Assembly: GCF_006345805.1 (NCBI RefSeq)
Contig: NC_043021.1
Coordinates: forward strand, 9,300,001 to 9,364,000
Direction of reading: 5' to 3'
DNA: 64,000 nucleotides
DNA from: Octopus sinensis
Taxonomy: Eukaryota
Position 1 is the stretch's first letter, and every line of letters starts with the position of its first letter. Below, one piece after another: positions 1-11,895 of the stretch. The translations under genes and the position numbers were made by a program. The notes under the pieces are model-generated. The model saw only the letters and a list, made by a program, of their open reading frames with translations. It was not told the DNA's origin and did no database searches.

Positions 1-247
1 ACAATCAACGAAAGGTGTTTTGTGGGTGATGGGTGGACGACAGAACTGGAAGACTGTTAAACTTTGCGTATCATCAGTTCGGAGTGCGGCGATGAGTGAT
101 GTTGGTGAAGAATGAATGGGAGGTCGCCGAAATCAGTATGGAGTCGAAGACTTTGAGATCGATCTGATTATCAGACCATCCCTTTCTTCCAAACTATGTG
201 ACTGTGTGCATGTGTTTGAAATCAATTATACACAAAGGATATGTATA

Positions 248-281
<34 letters not shown>

Positions 282-781
282 GGGGAGAGATATGCAGAGA
301 CAGAAGTACTTTGAAAAACCTTTAAACTGACCTGTTATACATGTCCGCCATCATTTCCATTTCTAAATCCACAACTAGTTTCATTTGAGCTTCGTTTAAC
401 GCCATCTTTCAATCAGTCAAATTTTTTTTTTTAAAGAATATTTGGGGAAAAGTGAAAACAAAATTTTAAACAAACGTAATAGCTGTCGACTGAAAGGAGC
501 AGGAGGTGAATTATGGAGCAGGAAGTGTATGTTTTGTTGTGTGAGGGGCAAGAAGGGGGCAGGACCGCCGCGTTACTGAAATATCAAGGTGTTTCTCGAT
601 AGAGGTGTGTAACTCAGTATGTACACGTGCTTTTGTGAGGAACTTCGCTGCTAAACTGTCGTAACTGGGAAACAGAAGGGCAGATAACTCTCTTTTACTG
701 GCGAGAACGAGGGCACTTCTTACCCGGTCATTCCACCCGACTTGCTAGAAATAGCAGTCAATTTTGCCTTCATATGCCCCA

Positions 782-1100
782 TTCATCATCATCATCATTG
801 TTTAACGTCCGCTTTCCATGCTGGCATGGGTTGGACGGTTCAACTGGGGTCTGGGAAGCCAGAAGGCTGCACCAGGCCCAGTCTGATCTGGCAATGTTTC
901 TACGGCTGGATGCCCTTCCTAACGCCAACCACTCCATGAGTGTAGTGGGTGCTTTTTACGTGTCACCGGCACAGGTGCCAGACGAGGCTGGCAAACGGCC
1001 ACGATCGGATGGTGCTTTTTACATGCCACCTGCACAGGTGCCAGATGAGGCTGGCAAACGGCCACGATCGGATGGTGCTTTTTACGTGCCACCGGCACGG
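782..1100 (-). mobile_element. Family C non-autonomous retroelement (RTE-like 3' end with (GAT)n tail)
   Basis: ggatgcccttcctaacgccaacc core, (CAT)n at 782-798, internal 63-bp tandem units; many copies elsewhere in the window. Confidence 0.75.
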
Positions 1101-1204
1101 ACTGGTTATTATAATTCCTTGATTTATGAATCGACTGGATGTTCACTACAGGGACGCCTATCATCATAGGTCTTTTCGATCAAAGTTAACCCATGCTTAA
1201 ACTA

Positions 1205-1410
1205 TAATTCTTTCTATTATAGACACAAAGGTTTGACATTTTGGAGGAGGTGGGTTACTCGATTACATCGACCCCAGTGCTCGACTGGTACTTAGTTTAT
1301 TGACTCTTAAAGGATGATGGCAACGGAATTTGAACTCTGAACGTAAAGACGGAATAAATGCCGCTGAGAATTTTGTCCGGCGTGCTAATGATACTGCCAG
1401 CCCGTCGCCT
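1205..1410 (-). mobile_element. SINE family B, diverged
   Basis: atcgaccccagtg...aatttgaactctgaacg motifs shared with 5757-5985. Confidence 0.7.
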
Positions 1411-1679
1411 TTCGGGGTTAAACAATAACAGCTCTCTTTCGCAGATATAAACGAATAAACCAGCGAAGAACCTCCTATGTGATCGTTCGACCTGCTTAAA
1501 AAGTAACCAAATTCCCTCAAATTACACCATGCCGGGATTAGATGGTACCCAGTGCACACAAACATACATACACACAATCTCAGTGCATAGCTGAACACTC
1601 ACATACCCTCACACAATCTAGTACAGATCTGTGCTCCAGTACGCACATCACGAGGGAGCTTCTACGTAATCACTGGCTT

Positions 1680-2400
1680 TTCTAGAACTTGCAACCAAAT
1701 CTCCAAAGAGAGGATCGAATCATCGGTCTTCTCGAAGACCAAGGGGAACTGGAACTGTATTTTAAACTCGTGAAATGACTTTGTAGGGCCAGCACATGAA
1801 AGAGGAGGGTGCAAAAGCCTTGAAAATCTGTTTCGGAGTTCCCAGATGTTTGAAAGGTACCGACTAGATTTCCTTGATGTGTCAACAACTACAGTGGGAC
1901 TACAGAGTTTGTCAGGTCACTGAATAAGGTCGGTTCATATTTCAAACTGATCGGTTACAGAGACAATTCATTTGTGATCTGCGCGGTGACATATTCAGGG
2001 AGCGGATTAGTGACTTAGTTGATGGGAGCAATCGTCAGATATCGGTGAGGAGAGTAATTAGATCAGAATCGATTGCCTTTAACAAAGAGCGAGCGATAGT
2101 GTGAAATAAATATGAGAGGGTGACTATTTAGCAATCTAGAAGAGGTGGTAAGTAAAGTCATTGTGACCACCGTACTAGCGGTCATTCTGCGTTGTCAGAG
2201 CTAAGGCCCATGTGCTAAATGCAGGAGATCAAAAACCGTAAGGCGGAGTCGTGACAAGGAAACAAATACACAATCAAGTCTTTGACGGAACTGGCATCAG
2301 CTACTCTGTTCTGAGCATCTTTGTGTAGCTTTGCAGCAATGCTGCTCTTTATTGTTTGGGACAGGCAATGGGTTAGATACGCAGCGGACTTTATTTGCTA
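1680..2400 (-). mobile_element. Possible heavily decayed Ty3/gypsy integrase fragment
   Basis: Broken minus-strand frames give RLTVFDLLHLAHG (cf. zinc-binding ..VFD.LH..SHPG), NPLPEYVTAQ and VVPL*LLTHQG (cf. GVP..ITTDQG); many stops. Confidence 0.3.
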
Positions 2401-2684
2401 TCGTGCGGCTCTTAGCAGATGTGAGGTGCTACGGAATACCGATAACGGTAGCTGAAATACGGGACGCGATAAGCACAAGGCGCGAATCGCCTGCTTTGAG
2501 TGATCTGCTCTTCGACTTTAAAGAAGCCTTGATAGACTTTTTGGGATGCCTCTTGGCAAATGTGCACCGCAACTGGGAGCAGAAGAGGAGAATTCCTAGC
2601 ACTGTGGACTGGCGAGTGGTACGATGCTGAAAATGACAACGATAACGGGGATGTCGTAAACACAATGTTTAATCTATCTGTCCG

Positions 2685-2715
2685 CCCGTCCGTCCATCCA
2701 TCCGTCTATCCGTTC

Positions 2716-2780
<65 letters not shown>

Positions 2781-2840
2781 GCTAGCTAGCTAGCTGTCTG
2801 TCTGTCTGTCTGTCTATCTATCTGTCTGTCTGTCTATATA
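2685..2840. repeat. (TATC)n / (TGTC)n microsatellite
   Basis: Direct reading. Confidence 0.95.
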
Positions 2841-3103
2841 TCTTCTGGGAAAACTGGCTAATGGTGGTGGTCGTGGTGGGAAGAACGAGAGGAGCATTGG
2901 CTGAATCAGGTAAAAAAATCTCTAAGGTACACCATTTGTCACGACGGCGCTCTCTACGACTCAGTGAATGAATTGAGGATCTAAGACGGTAGGGCTCCCT
3001 GAGGGTGTTGAGAGTTCATACAAGGGTATTAGGGAGGCGTTAAATGTTTACAGGGATCGTGATCTTTCTTGGAAACAAAATATTTATAACAGGTACAATA
3101 TTA

Positions 3104-3256
3104 GGAATGAGAACTCAGGTTCGAAATTTTCCCCAAGACACCTGATGAAGGCTGGAGGGTTTATCAGCCGAAACGTTGTGTTAGTAACAAACAAGATGAG
3201 GACAAATATCCGTCAAATGTAAATAATGTACATAATTCCTAATCTCTTAAATATAG
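3104..3256 (+). mobile_element. 5'-truncated copy of SINE-like family E (hammerhead-bearing)
   Basis: Near-identical to 46920-47067; flanked by direct repeat aacaggtacaatatta at 3088-3103 and 3257-3272 (TSD). Confidence 0.8.
3137..3182 (+). ncRNA. Minimal type I hammerhead ribozyme motif (Penelope type)
   Basis: gacac-CTGATGA-a-ggctg(gagggtttat)cagcc-GAAAC-GTT-gtgtt: intact core boxes, 5-bp stem II, stem I gacac/gtgtt, palindromic loopless stem III (AACGTT). Confidence 0.7.
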
Positions 3257-3399
3257 AACAGGTACAATATTATATTTAAACATATTTTCAAATAAATAAA
3301 TAAGATAATAATAATCCTTGTAGAATTTCGAATATAACTGGGACATTGGTACAGGAGAATATATCACAACTGTTGACATTCCAGGTGAGCGATTTATCC

Positions 3400-4190
3400 C
3401 ACTTCTCGTTCGAACGGGAAAAACGGGTTATCCTGTCCGAATGCCTCCTGATGCGGCGGTCGAGACCACAGGTTCAAGTTGTGTTGGAAAATCAGCAACC
3501 TCGAGGTTACGAAGTCTGAGTCATTCACGGACAGATTTTTTCCCCACATACATCTGCCGTTGATGAAAACCCTGACGTCTTCAGTTTCTGGAATATATGC
3601 ACTTCTTCAAATTGTGATGAAGGTGTCTGTGCATCGGTGATTCTCTGAAGTTTGGCTTCCAGATCTGTGAGACTTTTAAATGCTGCTGCGGATCCGTTGT
3701 GAATTCTTCCGGCTTCCACTCACTGCCATGTCGTTGTAGTCTTGGCAGTCTTCCATGCCATGCTGCTCTCAATAAAGTATAATCTAGACACTGCAGGCTT
3801 CCCTTCCCAGATTGAGCCAGTGGAGGATAGACCGAGGGGACTGTAAAAGACCTGACAGCATGACAATTTTCTTGTTCCGCAGTGATAAGCCCCTCACCTG
3901 AAATTCCACACGCTGTGACACCTTTTCCAACGGCAACCTGGTGTGTTCAGCTGCTGGCCCAGGTCGAGATTGGCAAACTGTCAAAGTATCGACTGCTCTC
4001 TAATAGATTTGTGGTCGAGCCCGTGACAGTGAAGACCTCCGACGTTCTCGGCCCCCAGGACCACATCCCTGCTTACTGCTATCGGGTCGGAGGTGGCTGT
4101 TCCAGTGCATCTACCTCGTTATCTCCAGGAGCAACGCCTTTTCCATTTTGTCCACTGGGACCGAGAGGCAGATTGACAAGCCTTTTTAGA
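3400..4190 (-). mobile_element. Possible decayed L1/Tx1-like LINE ORF2 fragment
   Basis: GC-richer block; broken frame RLPLEKVSQRVEFQVRGLSLRNKKIVMLSGLL resembles the post-RT LSL.G...INS motif; weak. Confidence 0.25.
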
Positions 4191-4901
4191 TATTACTTCT
4201 TGTTTTATATAACCAATCATAATTTAATGAAGAGCACAATATGTAATTTAATTATTACATATATAAATAATACAGGTAGCCAACCAGAGGGTAAAAAAAA
4301 AGAGACGAAAACCAGTGAAACAGTAACTGAGTCAATGGATATCGCTGGCTGCTCGGGGCAACGCTGTTGCCATATTCTCCGCGGAACATAAATGAAACAA
4401 TATATTCAAAAAAAATGCTGAAATTTGTCTTCACTCCTTTTCCTCGCCTTACCAAGAATAGATTGGATCGAGATATATTGAAGAAAGCTAATTCTACAAC
4501 ATGTTTATATAAGATATGAATCCCCGTCAAGAAAGTTTTACGCGAGGAATTATGACTTAATACTTATACGTAAATAAGATTTGAAGATTTTAATCCCATC
4601 TCTCAGCATACCGATAACATTAATTGTTTATTAATTCCACATTACTTTCTTTTTTTTTTTTATTATCTTCCTATCGGTCTTCCTTTCTTTCCATAATTTT
4701 TTTCTTTGTGCATATGATGGAGCGATTGATCGACTTGTTTAATTCATTTATCGATTTAAATACGTATTTGTTTTATTTTAATTGATTTACTAATACTTTT
4801 ACCAGTCAAGCGTTCCTTCCTCCCTACCTCCGTCATTTTCTTCTTTAATTTCTTCATTTCTTTGTTTATCGTTTGTTTTTGTAAGGTTGAAAAGCATTCA
4901 A

Positions 4902-5555
4902 ATGTCGTTGTCATCATCGCCGTTGCCTCCAGTAAGTCGGGCAGGACGCCAATCCAACGTCTTTTCTCGGACCAGACGTTGTTTCAAGAGGTTGTTTGGG
5001 AGTTGTACTAGCAGAAGAAATTCTGTCGGCCCCGATCCCGATTCCAACCCGGTTACAGAAAGAGTATTTAGTCATCGTGTTCCTCGTAATCTCTTCATAA
5101 ACGCAGAACCAATAGCAGTTACTCTCAAAGACATCGAAGAAGAGAGGCTGACGGGGGAAGAAGAAGAAGAAGAAGAAGAAGAGGAAGGAGAATCTGAAGA
5201 GGAAGTGGAGGGTGGCGAATATGAAGAAAAAGCTGATGAGCAGGGAAAGGAAAAGGAAGAAGAAAAGGTCGAAGGAAAAGAAGTAGAGACGAGACATCGG
5301 AGTGAATTAAAAGAGGTGGGGATGATGAGAATGACAGAAAGAGAAGGCTTAGGAAAACTAGAATTAGCAGGGCTGAAGGAACTGGAAGACGAGGTGATGC
5401 AGGAACTGGAAGAGTTGGACTGGCTAGTAAAACGGAAGAAACAGCTAAGTGAGAAATCGAAATCTGAGAAGTTGGCGCAGATGATGGAGAATCCTGAGTT
5501 GGTGAAAGAGATAGAGTTCTTGGAAAGGTGGAAGGTTTGGATGTTTCACCATTGA
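4902..5555 (+). CDS. Candidate orphan ORF: basic N-terminus, Glu-rich coiled-coil-like C-terminal half (about 217 aa from ATG 4902)
   Basis: Open frame of 222 codons; non-repetitive N- and C-terminal parts; possible acceptor TTTTTGTAAG| at 4885; A-rich tract right after the stop. No homolog recognised. Confidence 0.4.
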   Translation: MSLSSSPLPPVSRAGRQSNVFSRTRRCFKRLFGSCTSRRNSVGPDPDSNPVTERVFSHRVPRNLFINAEPIAVTLKDIEEERLTGEEEEEEEEEEGESEEEVEGGEYEEKADEQGKEKEEEKVEGKEVETRHRSELKEVGMMRMTEREGLGKLELAGLKELEDEVMQELEELDWLVKRKKQLSEKSKSEKLAQMMENPELVKEIEFLERWKVWMFHH

Positions 5556-5756
5556 AATACCAAAAAAAAAAAAAAGAAAGAAAAAAAAGAAAAGCCTCCA
5601 AGAAACATTTACAATCAGTTTAAATTAGTAACGATAATATAAACTACTACGATTGGTATGATTCAAAAATACATATACTTCAGCATATAGTTAGTGTATT
5701 TAATGTTTAAAGTATACGCGCGCGCATACGCACACACTCATTCACAAACTATATAT

Positions 5757-5985
5757 TTCTTTACTACCCACAAGGGGCTAAACACAGAGGGGACAAACAT
5801 GGACAGACAAAGGGATTTAAGTCGATTGCATCGACCCCAGTGCGTAACTGGTACTTAATTTATCGACCCCGAAAGGATGAAAGGCAAAGTCGACCTCGGC
5901 GGAATTTGAACTCGGAACGTAACGACAGACGAAATACGGCTACGCATTTCGCCCGGCGTGCTAACGTTTCTGCCAGCTCGCCGTC
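5757..5985 (-). mobile_element. SINE family B, full length
   Basis: Minus strand: ggcgagctggcagaaacgttagcacgccgggcg...gagttcaaattccgccgaggtcgactttgcctttcatcctttcggggtcgataaa (tRNA-like head plus conserved core). Confidence 0.9.
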
Positions 5986-6409
5986 ACAAACTATATGTAC
6001 CTTTTAATCCTTTGAGATTAACTGCACCCAAACAGAGTTTAAGGCCTGGGCTAAACTGTATAGAAGAAGACCCTTAGCTTGCCCATGCAGCTGGTCTCTA
6101 CCAACCGTGTTCTCCAATAGAAGTGAAAAGGCCACTACAGATTGGCACCAGTCCTGTGTCAGAGATTTCTAAAACGAAGTTGAAAGACAGCTTTAGACTA
6201 CTTTAGAGACTCCTCTTATTTATCGTTGATTTAAACGAACCCAATGTTTGACTGGTATTTGTATTTTTTCCCTTCTATTGACCCCAGAAGGATGAATAGC
6301 GAAGTTGATCTTCGTAGTCATCTGACATTATACTTAACTGTTTGATTATCAATCTCTAAGATATTGTAGTTTATTTTAATTTAACATTTATCACGACTCT
6401 TTCTGGCAC

Positions 6410-6441
<32 letters not shown>

Positions 6442-6798
6442 AAATTGCGTGTATATTTTAGCTCAGAGGCTCACAAACTTTTTTTTCATTCCATTCACCT
6501 CCTTTCAACTTTTTCCTACTTTATTTTTGTTCAATAATTTGAGTTTACACTTCTATCAATAAAGCAAGAAAGAAAACAAATGACGAAGAAGAAATTTACT
6601 ATTTTTAAACAATATTATTTCAAGTTCAAATAACAATTACAATAAAAATAGCACATTAACACTGTTCTTTCACTTGTTTTTTAACTAATTAAGAACGGAG
6701 CCAAACACTATTTTGATTTAATTCGTAACATGGTAATTAAGAAGTATACATACAATACAGATGGTTAAATCCAAAGTGATAGAAAGAAAAGAAAACAG

Positions 6799-7276
6799 GG
6801 ATCTTTTTCCTTTTGAACGGCACTCTGTAACATAATTTCTAGGTAACTAAAAAGTTTTAAACTTCGTATACTGGTAGAATGTGTTTATAAAACATCATTT
6901 TCTCTTGGTTTTATTGAGAAAATTCTATATGTTGCAACATATTTCGTCTAAAATTTCTTGCATTTCGGCAATTTTAGCCAATCACTTACCTCCATTGACG
7001 TAAATAACATTCTGTGCATAATGAATATGTCCCTCCTTTAAGAAACAGATTGGGTTTATTTACATTTGTGAAGAAAAATGATACCCTTCCCCAACCCCTA
7101 ACCCTAAATCTAAAATAGATTGAAATGCAATAGATCGATACTAGGGTTATAATTATGGGTGACAATTTCATATGACACCGCTACGGAAAATGGGATTTTT
7201 TTCTAGTGGTGTCAAATGAAAATGTCACCCATAATTATGGCCCTAGTATCGATCTATTGCATTTCAATTTATTTTA
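6799..7276 (+). mobile_element. GGATC-ended MITE copy whose right end is replaced by an inverted partial copy
   Basis: Left TIR ggatctttttccttttgaacggc; body shared with 35561-35966; arms 7111-7179 and 7208-7276 are inverted repeats. Confidence 0.75.
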
Positions 7277-7555
7277 AGGTCACACATATGTAGACATATA
7301 AAGTGTGTCAGTATGTATGTGAACTCACCAATGTTTTTGGTTTTTTTTTTTTCAATATATTGAAGAGGAGGAGAAGATAGAGACTTGTAACCTAGAGGAC
7401 AAGAAGTTTCTATGACACAACCTGCACCAAGTCACAGACCAGATTTGTGGATGGAGCAAGGTTCAAATGGAAGTGACAGCGATAGGAAGGTAGAATGCAG
7501 ACAGTGATAAAAGTTATGGGATGGGGTTGGAAAGAATAGCAAAAAGTGGGGAAGG

Positions 7556-8212
7556 AAGAATGGCTGTGTGGTAAGTAGCTTGCTTACCAACCACATGGTT
7601 CCGGGTTCAGTCCCACTGTGTGGCATCTTGGGTAAGTGTCGACCAATGCCTTGTGAGTGGATTTGGTAGACGGAAACTGAAAGAAGCCTGTCATATATAT
7701 GTATATATATATATGTTTCTTTATTACCCACAAGGGGCTAAACATAGAGGGGACAAACAAGGACAGACCTAGGGATTAAGTCGATTACATCGCCCCAGTG
7801 CGAAACTGGTACTTTATTTATCGACCCCGAAAGGATGAAAGGCAAAGTTGACCTCGGCGGAATTTGAACTCAGAACGTAACGACAGACGAAACACTGCTA
7901 TAGCCCCGGGCCGACCAATGCCTTGTGAGTGGATTTGGTAGACGGAAACTGAAAGAAGCCTGTCGTATATATGTATATATATATATGTATGTGTGTGTGT
8001 ATATGTTTGTGTGTCTGTGTTTGTCCCCCTAGCATTGCTTGACAACCGATGCTGGTGTGTTTACGTCCCCGTCACTTAGGGGTTCGGCAAAAGAGACCGA
8101 TAGAATAAGTACTGGGCTTACAAAAGAATAAGTCCCGGGGTCAATTTGCTCGACTAAAGGTGGTGCTCCAGCATGGCCACAGTCAACTGACTGAAACAAG
8201 TAAAGAGTGAGA
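7556..8212 (+). mobile_element. SINE family A interrupted by a family B fragment (about 7722-7893, minus)
   Basis: A head gtggctgtgtggtaagtagcttgcttaccaaccacatggttccgggttcagtccc; A tail resumes at 7895 with about 75 bp of A duplicated around the insert. Confidence 0.85.
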
Positions 8213-8481
8213 GTAATATCAAATAGTTATGAAGGAGAATAGGAGAAAATCAATGATTTGTCTATGTTTTAAGATGCGAGGATCAGAATGTGAAATGTTG
8301 GGAGACTGTAAAATGGCCTACAAATCAGGATGTTATTGGAGAGAATTGTATACACGATAACACCTCATTTGTTTTCACTGATACCAAGAAATAAGAGGCA
8401 TGGAATTGTGATGAAAGGTTAAAAAATGGGGAATGTTTGACAGAGAGAGTGGTGGGGAAGAACTAATCTAAGTCAATCCAA

Positions 8482-8900
8482 CATGGCCACAGTCAAATGA
8501 CTGAAACAAGTAAAAGAGTAAAAGTATGTTTAAATAAACCCATTTCAAGAAAGTATTAAGTGGGCCGCAAGATAAAAGTCTGCAGGCCACATTCAGCCTG
8601 TGGGCCTCAGGTTGGCCAGCCCTGAACAAGACCATTAACCCTGACAATGCACCCTAGAGTTAGCTTCTATATTCATCAAACAGTCCATTCTCTCCCTTTC
8701 AAGAGGAATATACTTTGATCATTGTAAACACAACTGTGTTCCATTCACCCTAACCTTTCTAAACTGTCATAGACAAACTTCTAATATCTCAAGGGTAATG
8801 GTAATATCCATCATCTTGAATCTATTTCTCTCATTAAGGGTCCTCAGTATGATTTCTCCAGTGAAAGCTGCCCATCTATGGGCTCTGTTTACCTCTCATA
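8482..8900 (+). repeat. Local duplicated segment, paralog at about 11187-11650
   Basis: Shared unique text ...ccagccctgaacaagaccattaaccctgacaatgcaccctagagttagcttctatattcatcaaacag... Confidence 0.85.
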
Positions 8901-8974
8901 TCTTGGGTCAATAGTTTCCTGTCAGATCATGCTGTTGTTGCAGTTGCTGATAGAACTCTCTCTATTAAAGACCT

Positions 8975-9190
8975 GGGCAACGACGATAAAGGAGGACCTT
9001 TCCAAAGTCTCAGGTTCGCAGGTGGTTGGTCTGCGCAGATGGAACCGCAAATGGCTCGCTATCTCCAGTGACCTCGCACAGGACCGTTGAGTGTGGGCCG
9101 CCATGGTTCGTGATGCCGTCAGGATCAGTGAAGAAGCTGGCTCAACTCACCCTGGGTGAACGCTGTCACAAGTACATTTACAAGTAAGTA
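8975..9190 (+). mobile_element. RTE-clade LINE 3' terminus
   Basis: KTWATTIKEDL...RWNRKWL...DLAQDR*VWAAMVRDAV followed by caagta-type tail. Confidence 0.75.
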
Positions 9191-9318
9191 ATCCAACAGC
9201 AGGGACCAGCTATCGAAATTTACAATTATACAATCAAAAGTAGGCAAAGAAGCTAGATCATCAGTCTGATCATTGTTGGCAAGCAAGGGTCAACTATGGA
9301 CATGCTTTAGTCTAACCC

Positions 9319-10012
9319 AGTGTTTCTCAACTGGGGGCCATATAAGATTTTTGGGGGTCCCCTCAATGAAACTCCACCTGTCTAAAACCCGTGGACATAT
9401 TTACAAAGTCAGAAAACAGCACAGCTCCCATGACTTTAGGAAACATTTTTTCACGCTGAGAGTTGCTGAAGCATGGAACAAACTGCCAGCATCAATTGTT
9501 AGTTGTCGGAGCACTGCATCCTTCAAAACTTCCATGCTTTCTGAGATTCACCAACACTACACCTGATTTTCTCCTCTCCATACACACACAAGCATGTATC
9601 TGACTCATACATTGTTCGCTTTCCAGACATTAGTACATTACTGCATATACTTTATACGCACTTTCTGACAAGTTGTGGTGCACCTGAGCACTGCATACAA
9701 TAATTTCATTATTATTATTATTATTATTATTATAGAAATAGTAAATTGGGGATCCACAATATTATTTTAAGGGCCCCTGAAAAGTTTTGCTTTAGATATA
9801 TGTGTTGGTATGTATTGCAAGAAACTTCTAGGTTTCTTTCTCTAACATTTTACATAGTTCAATCTATACAGGTTAGTGTGAAAAACAAAATAAGAATTTT
9901 GTAAGAAGTTTCTATAAAACTAGTTTTTAAACAGCGAAAGACTATGAGGGTCCACCAGAATAAAATAGTAATCAAAGGGGTCCTTAATTAAAAAAATGGT
10001 TGTGAACCCATG
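9319..10012 (+). mobile_element. hAT-like non-autonomous element interrupted by a CR1 fragment
   Basis: Starts cagtgtttctcaactgggg, degenerate right end ggttgtgaacccatg. Confidence 0.5.
9362..9733 (+). mobile_element. CR1-clade LINE 3' end
   Basis: TRGHIYKVRKQHSSHDFRKHFFTLRVAEAWNKLPASIVSCRSTASFK is the typical CR1 ORF2 C-terminus; 3' UTR ends in (ATT)n. Confidence 0.85.
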
Positions 10013-10834
10013 GTCCAACCAAATATTCTGCACCCTTTTAAATAAAATGCACTAAGGGAGATAACTCAAATAAATCAATACTTTTGGAAAGGACAATTTG
10101 ATCTTTGTCAGCAAGGAACAACTATGGACGTGTTTTGTTAATATATGCCTTTTGCCTCCAATTGCAGCTCAAAAAAAAAAAAAAAAAAAAAAAAACACTG
10201 CCTGCAACACCTGGAAAAAAAATCATTCACTCCAAAGTTGGGTGGCATTTATCCAGCATTGCAACTCTTGTGGTGCCACCATCCAAACTACAAAGGATGC
10301 TTCAATGTATTGTATAACTTTCAAGTTCTTCCATTTCCCAAATTGCAGCTGATCCTTCTGGTTCCTTAGCCGAAAGGATCCCTACCAATTTTGTAGAATC
10401 CCCCTTTCTCCATTGCTCAACCATGATGGCTTTGTTAGCAGTATTTCTGCAGAAGAAAATCTACACTTTTGTTACTGCACAACTGCATACATTTGGTAAA
10501 TAATCTCCAAATCTATTCCCTTTCTTTTCGCTTGACTTACTATCATGTATCCATTCCATATATGGCCAAATATATGGATGCATGTATTGTTGCTTTACAC
10601 CAACAAGACCAGGCCTGGCCAACTTGAATTACATTGCAGGCCACTTTAATCACATCAAGTTTTTCAAGGGCCACTTGTATATTGACAGAATTGAAAGCAT
10701 TTTGCTTTCTCATGCTATTATTACAATAATGAATGAACAATCATTGATTCAACATGAAATATTATCGTTGCAAAAACGGGAGTATCTTTCTTTTTTACTT
10801 TTTGTTACAAGCTTTAATTTTTGATAAGAGTTTT

Positions 10835-11222
10835 TGGCTGTGTGGTAAGTCGCTTGCTTCTCAATCACATGGTTCCAGGTTCAGGCCCACTGCATAGCAC
10901 CTTGAGCAAGTGTCTTCTAGTACAGCCTCAAGCTGACCAAAGGCTTGTGAGTGGATTTGGTAGAAAAAAACTGAAAGAAGCCCGTCATATATATGTATAT
11001 GTATATATATGTGTGTCTGTTTGTGTGTCTGTGTTTGTCCCCTCAACATCGCTTGACAACTGATGCTGGTGTGTTTACATCCCCGTAACTTAGCAGTTTG
11101 GCAAAAGTTACCGATAGAATAAGTACTCGGCTTACAAAGAATAAGTCCTGGGATAGATTTGCTCGACTAAAGACAGTGCTCCAGCATGGCCACAGTCAAA
11201 TGACTGAAACAAGTAAAAGAGT
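10835..11222 (+). mobile_element. SINE family A
   Basis: Head, central (TA/TG)n, tail ccagcatggccacagtcaaatgactgaaacaagtaaaagag. Confidence 0.9.
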
Positions 11223-11895
11223 AAATGCTTGTTTAAATAAACCCATTTCAAGAAAGTATCAAGTGGGCCGCAAGGTAAATGTCTGCTGGCCACATTTGGC
11301 CAGCCCTGAACAAGACCATTAACCCTGACAATGCACCCTAGAGTTAGCTTCTATATTCATCAAACAGTTCAATCTCTCCCTTTCAAGAGGAGTATACTTT
11401 GATCATTGTAAACACAATAGTGTGTTCCATTCACCCTAACCTTTCTAAACTGCCAACTGTCATCCTATTAGACAAATTTCCAATATCTCAAGGGTAATAG
11501 TAATTCTCAATCATCTTGAATCTATTTCTCCAGTGAAAGCTGCCCATTTATGGGCTCTGTTTACCTCTCATATCTTGTATCAATAGTTATCTGTCAGATC
11601 ATGCTGTTGTGACATTTGCTGATAGAAGTCTCTTTATTAAATCTGGTGTGTTCCAGGGTTTGGTTCTATACCCAATATTTTCCCTTCTATACATCAGTTG
11701 TCTACTTGTCATCATCATGTCTAGCTGCAGTCACTTCATTCTTTCCTAACCTTTCTTCTCCAAAAGTCATCCACATGCAACCTAGACATCTCACAACAAA
11801 CCTACACTGACTCCATCACAGAAACTGTGAAAACGTTTTCCTGTGAAGTCATACGAATATTTTCTCCTTCAACAGTAAAAAAAACAACAAAATCT

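Noticed and set aside
774-1169. 131-aa ORF with 21-aa repeats
   Set aside because: Reads through the 63-bp internal repeats of a family C retroelement; similar ORFs recur at each copy.
4914-5601. Hydrophobic minus-strand ORFs (127 and 158 aa)
   Set aside because: Antisense shadows of the purine-rich Glu/Lys-coding plus strand.
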